Below, piece by piece: positions 27,290 through 32,000 of a stretch of 32,000 nt of DNA. A program made the translations under genes and the position numbers. This DNA comes from Aliivibrio fischeri ES114 (lineage in GTDB: Bacteria; Pseudomonadota; Gammaproteobacteria; Enterobacterales; Vibrionaceae): the NCBI RefSeq assembly GCF_000011805.1, contig NC_006840.2; one strand, written 5' to 3'. How positions within the stretch are numbered: position 1 is the stretch's first letter; every line of letters starts with the position of its first letter. The notes under the pieces are model-generated. The model ran no database searches. It was not told where the DNA came from and was given only the letters and a program-made list of their open reading frames with translations.

Positions 27290-27402
27290 GCTGCTTATCT
27301 CCTAAATTTTCTGATTTTAATTTAGCGAAAATACACGTCTTTTTATATTCATCCTGTTTCTATATTCGGTATATAGAATCCTGATTTACTGAGGGATTTC
27401 TT

Positions 27403-29187
27403 TTGTTATTGCACACTGTAATGATGAAAATGAACTCACCTATTCCACCCGAAAAACCTATTTATACCCAAGTGCAGACTTGCGCTCTGGGGTATTACTT
27501 ACGCCAGTACAAAACGGCTGAAATTGCCGAAGCGTTGGATATTGCGCCGAGAACGGTTCAACAATGGATTGCTAAATTTGGCTGGAAACAAATGCGTGAT
27601 GATGCGCCTGTTGAGTTGATGCTTCGACAACGAATTGCGTATTTGCTCTGGGTAGACCAAAAGCATGAATCTCAGCTCAAAGAGCTTGAAACGTTACTTG
27701 AACAAAAATACAAACGTGACGCAGCTGAACGTCGACGAACAACGCCGAAACACTCTGGCGGTTATGTTGATGAGAAACGCGGAAGACCGAGCAATAAAGT
27801 TAAAAATGACATTTCGTGTATTACTGCAGAGATGCTTGCTGATTTTCGTGAAAAAACATTCTTTGCGTATCAAAAAGACATTCACGCTCAAAAATGCAAT
27901 GACGAATTAAACGAGTTCCGTTTTTATTTGAAATCTCGCCAAATCGGTTTGACGTATTACTTTGCTTTTGAAGCCTTTGAAGATGCGATCATTAATGGCG
28001 ATAACCAGGTGTTTTTGTCTGCATCTCGTAAGCAATCTGAAATATTTAAAAACTACATTCGCAAATTTGCGCTTGAGATTGGTGACGTTGAACTCAAAGG
28101 TAAAGATGAGCTGCAGTTAAGCAATGGTGCCACGCTTTACTTTTTATCTACGAACGCAAGAACGAGCCAAGGCTTTAACGGCCACGTTTATTTTGATGAA
28201 GTGTTTTGGATCCCTAAATTTGGTGAATTAGATGATTACGCTGGCGGTATGTCTATTCAATCCAAATACCGCACCACTTATTTATCTACGCCATCAACGA
28301 CAGCTCACGAAGCTTATCCAAAATGGACAGGTGACAAATCACTTGGCATTGATATTAGCCACAAAGCATTAAAAAAAGGCTCACTTGGCAGCGATGGCAT
28401 ATTCCGCCAAATCATCACGATTGATGATGCGATTGAAGGCGGCGCTACGTTCTTCAATATGGACAAACTACGCCGTAAATATCCTGATAAATCCGTATTT
28501 AATAACTTACTTCGCTGTGTGTTCTTAGATGATGCTTCGTCTTTCTTTAGCATTAAATCACTGCTTGCTTGTAAGACTGATACAGATAATTGGAAAGATG
28601 TTGATTTAGAATCGCTTCACCCGGTTGGCCGTCGTGAAGTGCTTGTTGGATATGATCCGCGAGGTGGCGGACAAGGTGAAGGCGCGGATGATGCAGGGTT
28701 AATTGTTTCTCTTAAGCCGATTATTAAAGGGGGTGCGTTCCGATTTATTGAACGTGTTCGCTTAAAAGGCTCTAGTTATGAAGATCAAGCCGCTGCAATT
28801 GAAGCTATTTGCAAAAAATACAATGTCGTTTATTTAGCCATTGATGTTGGCGGTGTCGGCTCTGCTGTTGCGGAGTTAGTAAGAAAATTTTATCCAGGCT
28901 TAACTACGTTAGATTATTCGCCAGAAATGAAGCGAATGATGGCATACAAAGCTCGTGAAATTATTAATGCTGGCCGACTTCAATTTGATAATGAGTGGGA
29001 TGACTTGGTGCATTCTTTCTTAATGATCCGTCAACATACAACAAAAATGAGCAATCAAATTACATTTGTGTCTGCTCGTAACAAAGTAGGCTCTCATGCT
29101 GATTTAGCCTGGGCAGCAATGCACGTTTTACATTGGGAGCCTATCGACATTTTACGCGATGACTCAACCACCGTTTCATTCTTATAA
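27403..29187 (+). CDS. Terminase large (ATPase) subunit, P2 gpP family
   Basis: 594 aa from TTG 27403 (GAGGGA SD 7 nt upstream); the alternative ATG is at 27421. Divergent from gpO as in P2. An ATPase-like region (RQIGLTYYFAFEA...VYFDEVFW) is followed by the nuclease half. Confidence 0.85.
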   Translation: MLLHTVMMKMNSPIPPEKPIYTQVQTCALGYYLRQYKTAEIAEALDIAPRTVQQWIAKFGWKQMRDDAPVELMLRQRIAYLLWVDQKHESQLKELETLLEQKYKRDAAERRRTTPKHSGGYVDEKRGRPSNKVKNDISCITAEMLADFREKTFFAYQKDIHAQKCNDELNEFRFYLKSRQIGLTYYFAFEAFEDAIINGDNQVFLSASRKQSEIFKNYIRKFALEIGDVELKGKDELQLSNGATLYFLSTNARTSQGFNGHVYFDEVFWIPKFGELDDYAGGMSIQSKYRTTYLSTPSTTAHEAYPKWTGDKSLGIDISHKALKKGSLGSDGIFRQIITIDDAIEGGATFFNMDKLRRKYPDKSVFNNLLRCVFLDDASSFFSIKSLLACKTDTDNWKDVDLESLHPVGRREVLVGYDPRGGGQGEGADDAGLIVSLKPIIKGGAFRFIERVRLKGSSYEDQAAAIEAICKKYNVVYLAIDVGGVGSAVAELVRKFYPGLTTLDYSPEMKRMMAYKAREIINAGRLQFDNEWDDLVHSFLMIRQHTTKMSNQITFVSARNKVGSHADLAWAAMHVLHWEPIDILRDDSTTVSFL

Positions 29188-29198
29188 GAGAGTATATT

Positions 29199-30170
29199 TT
29201 GATAACTTTTGACGTACCTGAAAGTGTAATGACGAGTGATATTCTCAGTTACATGGAAACCGCACTTGTTGATGGGTTATATGAACCACCCATCCCACTT
29301 GAAACACTTGCAAAAGCAACACGCGCAAATGCTATGCACGGTTCTGCATTATATGTAAAAAGTTGCATGGCTTCATATACTGCAAAATTATCTCCAATCA
29401 TCAGTAAGCGTGATTTTAAACGCTTTATTTATGATTACTTGGTGTTTGGGAATGGGTATTTATTGATTGTGCGAAATGCATTTAATGATGTTGTGAAAAT
29501 AAAGCATTTACCCGCGCTTTATATGCGAGCACAAGCCACCATTGGACGGTATACCTATAAACCAAATACTTACAATGACGAGGGACGCATTGATTATAAA
29601 CAAGGACAGGTTTTTCACTTAAAAGAGTACGATATTTGCCAAGAGATATACGGCATGCCGCAATACATTGGCTCTCTAAGTTCAATTTGGCTAAATGAAG
29701 ATGCTACCTTGTTTCGCCGCAAGTACTACATCAACGGGGCGCATGCGGGTTATTTGCTTTACATGAATGATCCGAATTTAACCGGCGAACAAGAAAAAGA
29801 GATTGAAAACAAATTAAAGAAACAAGCAGGGATTGGGGCATTTAAAAATTTATTCATTAACGGTAAGGGCAAAGATGGAAAACCGCCAGAACTGACACCA
29901 ATCGGACAAGTTGAAGCCAAGGATGCATTTAAAGATGTGAAAGGTATGACGACAAATGACGTACTTGCTAGTCATCGCATTCCACTGGATTTAATGAGCA
30001 TTGTTCGTGAGGGATTCAGCTCAAGCGGTGATTTAAATAAAGTGGACCGTATTTTTTATAAGAATGAATTGGTACCGCTTTTAGAATCGGTTTGTGAACT
30101 CAATGATTTTATTGATGCGGATGTGATTTCAATTAATGATTACGTGGCGTTAGATCAGAGCGCTGCATAA
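29199..30170 (+). CDS. Portal protein, P2 gpQ / PBSX family
   Basis: 323 aa, immediately downstream of the terminase, matching the P2 P-Q arrangement. Uses a TTG start as in the ORF track. Confidence 0.8.
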   Translation: MITFDVPESVMTSDILSYMETALVDGLYEPPIPLETLAKATRANAMHGSALYVKSCMASYTAKLSPIISKRDFKRFIYDYLVFGNGYLLIVRNAFNDVVKIKHLPALYMRAQATIGRYTYKPNTYNDEGRIDYKQGQVFHLKEYDICQEIYGMPQYIGSLSSIWLNEDATLFRRKYYINGAHAGYLLYMNDPNLTGEQEKEIENKLKKQAGIGAFKNLFINGKGKDGKPPELTPIGQVEAKDAFKDVKGMTTNDVLASHRIPLDLMSIVREGFSSSGDLNKVDRIFYKNELVPLLESVCELNDFIDADVISINDYVALDQSAA

Positions 30171-30426
30171 GTTCAACAAGAGAACGATGCTTTGCTCTGC
30201 ATTCTTGATATTGAATAATAACCGCTCTTGTCCATTTGGCATGAGCGGTTTTTTCTATTGTTGCTGGTAACGGTAACGGATCACAAAGTGTAGTTAAAGC
30301 GCTATCAATTGTACGATTAATATTTATTTGCTGTGTTGATGATATGCTGTAATTCGAGCAACTCGTTATCATCAACGTTATTGCACTGACAAGAATCGCT
30401 TTCTTGATGCGTAAATGTGAAATCAT
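30133..30426 (-). CDS. o-spanin (Rz1-like outer-membrane lipoprotein)
   Basis: ATG 30426 gives MISHLRIKKAILVSAITLMITSC. This has a lipobox-like ITSC, then a short mature part with the DPLPLP proline motif. It overlaps the 3' third of the i-spanin gene in another frame. Confidence 0.65.
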   Translation of the reverse strand: MISHLRIKKAILVSAITLMITSCSNYSISSTQQININRTIDSALTTLCDPLPLPATIEKTAHAKWTRAVIIQYQECRAKHRSLVELMQRSDLTPRNH

Positions 30427-30667
30427 ATTGCGCCACTTCTTTATCAAATTGATATTGCTTATTTAAATACTGCTCAACTATTACTTTGTCTTTAGCTATG
30501 TCTTTATTTGTTTCATCAACTATCTTGCGTGTTAGCTCTGTTTCTCTTGATTGCATTTGGAACATGGCAAGCTGAAAGCCGTTATCATGTCCTTGTCGAT
30601 ATACCCCCCAAACTGCAGCGATAATCAAAGATATACAGATAACAATTGTGATTAATTTAACTTGCAT
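30317..30667 (-). CDS. i-spanin (Rz-like)
   Basis: ATG 30667 gives MQVKLITIVICISLIIAAVWGVY, an N-terminal TM anchor, followed by charged coiled-coil sequence. It starts 1 nt after the upstream stop. Confidence 0.65.
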   Translation of the reverse strand: MQVKLITIVICISLIIAAVWGVYRQGHDNGFQLAMFQMQSRETELTRKIVDETNKDIAKDKVIVEQYLNKQYQFDKEVAQYDFTFTHQESDSCQCNNVDDNELLELQHIINTANKY

Positions 30668-30668
30668 G

Positions 30669-30869
30669 TTATTGCTTCCCTGCGTCCATATAAAATTTAC
30701 AGAAACCCACAAATACACCCGTTATTGCTGCGTATTGTACCAATGCAAATTCACTGTGCTTATCAATGGGTACTGCAAAAAAATAATCGTTAAACTCAAG
30801 CCACATGTAACCGACAAATAAGCTCATTAGCTTTGGCCATAACCGCCATTTTTCAATGCGCTGGTGCAT
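30669..30869 (-). CDS. Small two-TM membrane protein (holin candidate)
   Basis: 66 aa from ATG 30869, or 70 aa from GTG 30881. Hydrophobic segments LWPKLMSLFVGYMWLEF and FALVQYAAITGVFVGFCKFYM. Lies between the endolysin and spanin genes. Confidence 0.5.
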   Translation of the reverse strand: MHQRIEKWRLWPKLMSLFVGYMWLEFNDYFFAVPIDKHSEFALVQYAAITGVFVGFCKFYMDAGKQ

Positions 30870-30874
30870 GTCAT

Positions 30875-31264
30875 TTAACACAATTCAAAATGCACTAAGT
30901 CATCAAAGTTATTGTCTTTAAGTTCATTATCTTTATCCCAGTCACCGCCCCAACGGATCGCAACCCCCATTGATACACCAACACCAACAACTAAACCAGC
31001 AAAGTAACTGAATCGCTCTCGGTCATTCCAGTCGATAGGATAAGGGGCAACATCAACAGCGCGACTTGGTAATGTGTTGTGTTTGCCATTTGGATATTTC
31101 ACCTGGCTTTTACCTTCCGCAAATGCAGTATTTTGCTCTTCTTCTGTTCGATGGCCACAAAGAATGGAGCAGTCGCAAAGCTCAAGAACGCGAGTGAATA
31201 CTTTTATTAAATCAGGGTGGCAAGTAGCTAAACGTGCCGCGCTTGTTTTACTGAATTTATTCAT
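30875..31264 (-). CDS. Endolysin, peptidase M15 (VanY / L-alanyl-D-glutamate peptidase type)
   Basis: ATG 31264 is preferred over TTG 31288. Zn-ligand pattern CGHRTEEEQ ... SRAVDV ... DLVHFE (H-x6-D ... H), typical of M15 phage endolysins. Confidence 0.75.
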   Translation of the reverse strand: MNKFSKTSAARLATCHPDLIKVFTRVLELCDCSILCGHRTEEEQNTAFAEGKSQVKYPNGKHNTLPSRAVDVAPYPIDWNDRERFSYFAGLVVGVGVSMGVAIRWGGDWDKDNELKDNNFDDLVHFELC

Positions 31265-31265
31265 T

Positions 31266-31499
31266 TTATAACGCCTTAACTGCAGCAACGATTGCTGTGA
31301 TGAGTGCGGCCAGTATTAATCTTACTAACCATGTTTTATCTGATTCTAATTTACCTATGCGCTCAGAATGTGACTCTTGCTTTGTACGAGTCTCTGTTAG
31401 CATTTCAAGAACCTTTTTTAATGTTGTATTTTGCTCACGCGTTAATTCGACAAGATGACTCATCGTTACATCAATACGTGCAATATCTTTCTCCGGCAT
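31266..31499 (-). CDS. Tail-anchored small membrane protein (holin/antiholin candidate)
   Basis: 77 aa. Soluble charged N-terminus, then a single C-terminal TM, WLVRLILAALITAIVAAV. First gene of the lysis cluster. Confidence 0.45.
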   Translation of the reverse strand: MPEKDIARIDVTMSHLVELTREQNTTLKKVLEMLTETRTKQESHSERIGKLESDKTWLVRLILAALITAIVAAVKAL

Positions 31500-31585
31500 A
31501 ATTGACTCAATGTGATAACGTTAGTGCTCAGTGTATCGCGCGCGTAAAGTAGTTAATATTGATGAAAATCCTATATTCCAAATGT

Positions 31586-31610
31586 AGAAAACCCCGCACA
31601 ATGGCAGGGC
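31586..31610 (-). terminator. Intrinsic terminator upstream of the lysis cluster
   Basis: Minus strand: CCCTGC-CATTGT-GCGGGG (one G-U pair) followed by TTTTCT, 25 nt after the 104-aa ORF stop. Confidence 0.55.
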
Positions 31611-31634
31611 TTGGTGGGAGAGATAAATATAGTT

Positions 31635-31949
31635 TTACTCTTCTAAGGTTGCATTTTGCGGAGCGTATCGATTCATAATATCTGGTCGAATTGGTATACT
31701 TCTAGTCGCCGCTGTTGGATTTATCGCTCTTATGTATTCTTTTACTTCTCGCATTTGTTCATCTGAAATATCAGCGAGCTCTAAGCGATAATCCTCTTCA
31801 ACACGTATAGCGACTGCTTTCTCTGAACCAAATAATGTTATTGCTTCATTAAGTAAATCTTCTTCTGTTGGAATGTACGGTTCGTACTGCTTAATTATTC
31901 CGAACTCGCCAAGTCTTGCTCGCTTATACCACTCAACGCCGTGAGACAT
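31635..31949 (-). CDS. Phage hypothetical protein (may be the C-terminal part of a longer gene)
   Basis: 104 aa from ATG 31949. The same frame stays open upstream to position 32000 (VTEITEPVEFVASAFDV-M...), so the true start may lie outside the window. Confidence 0.5.
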   Translation of the reverse strand: MSHGVEWYKRARLGEFGIIKQYEPYIPTEEDLLNEAITLFGSEKAVAIRVEEDYRLELADISDEQMREVKEYIRAINPTAATRSIPIRPDIMNRYAPQNATLEE

Positions 31950-32000
31950 AACATCAAAAGCCGAAGCAACAAACTCAACTGGCTCTGTGATTTCAGTAAC

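Larger units (their letters stand above)
17840..32000. mobile_element. Prophage (P2-type head module, contractile tail, lysis cassette) inserted at the 3' side of ssrA; continues past the window end
   Basis: From the ssrA terminator onward, every gene is phage-like: antirepressor, tape measure, gpE/E', sheath, tube, capsid, scaffold, terminase, portal, endolysin, spanins. tmRNA genes are classic phage and island integration sites. The far boundary is not visible. Confidence 0.85.

Noticed and set aside
27290-27402. Search for a P2 Ogr-type late promoter dyad (TGT-N12-ACA) here and at 31500-31585
   Set aside because: No convincing match was found by eye. A different shared motif (GAATATAR) is reported as a finding instead.
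1-32000. CRISPR arrays, rRNA/tRNA genes, IS transposases, reverse transcriptases (retron/DGR)
   Set aside because: No regularly spaced direct repeats, no cloverleaf tRNA apart from the tRNA-like domain of ssrA, and no ORF with transposase or RT motifs were seen on either strand.

Overview
AT-rich gammaproteobacterial window. Gene content and order suggest Vibrionaceae (Aliivibrio/Vibrio-like); this is an inference, no search was run. Positions 1-17.8 kb are conserved core genome: pstS(partial)-phoR-phoB, rdgC, yegQ-yfhL, a secreted hypothetical, dnaJ-dnaK, a second secreted hypothetical, grpE, nadK, recN, bamE, rnfH-ratA, smpB and the tmRNA gene ssrA. Recognisable sigma32 promoters, a Pho box, two LexA boxes and many intrinsic terminators are present. 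An integrated myovirus-type prophage starts right after the ssrA terminator (~17840) and runs past the window end. It has a P2-type head module (portal Q, terminase P, scaffold O, capsid N, L-like), R/S-like tail completion genes, sheath, tube, gpE/E' chaperone with a -1 frameshift, tape measure, and a lysis cassette. The most unusual part is the ~1.25 kb between ssrA and the tape-measure gene. It holds an antirepressor-like gene bracketed by two divergent copies of a ~75-78 nt structured RNA element. These copies show compensatory base changes and resemble c4/CI-type phage immunity RNAs. The same region has a promoter-plus-terminator-defined candidate sRNA and a family of 27-bp perfect palindromes. 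Other oddities: a gpM-like small terminase gene displaced into the tail operon, no baseplate, fibre or integrase genes between the tape measure and ssrA, and a REP/MITE-like palindromic repeat family in core intergenic regions. All family assignments come from reading the translations and from remembered family signatures. No database search was run.
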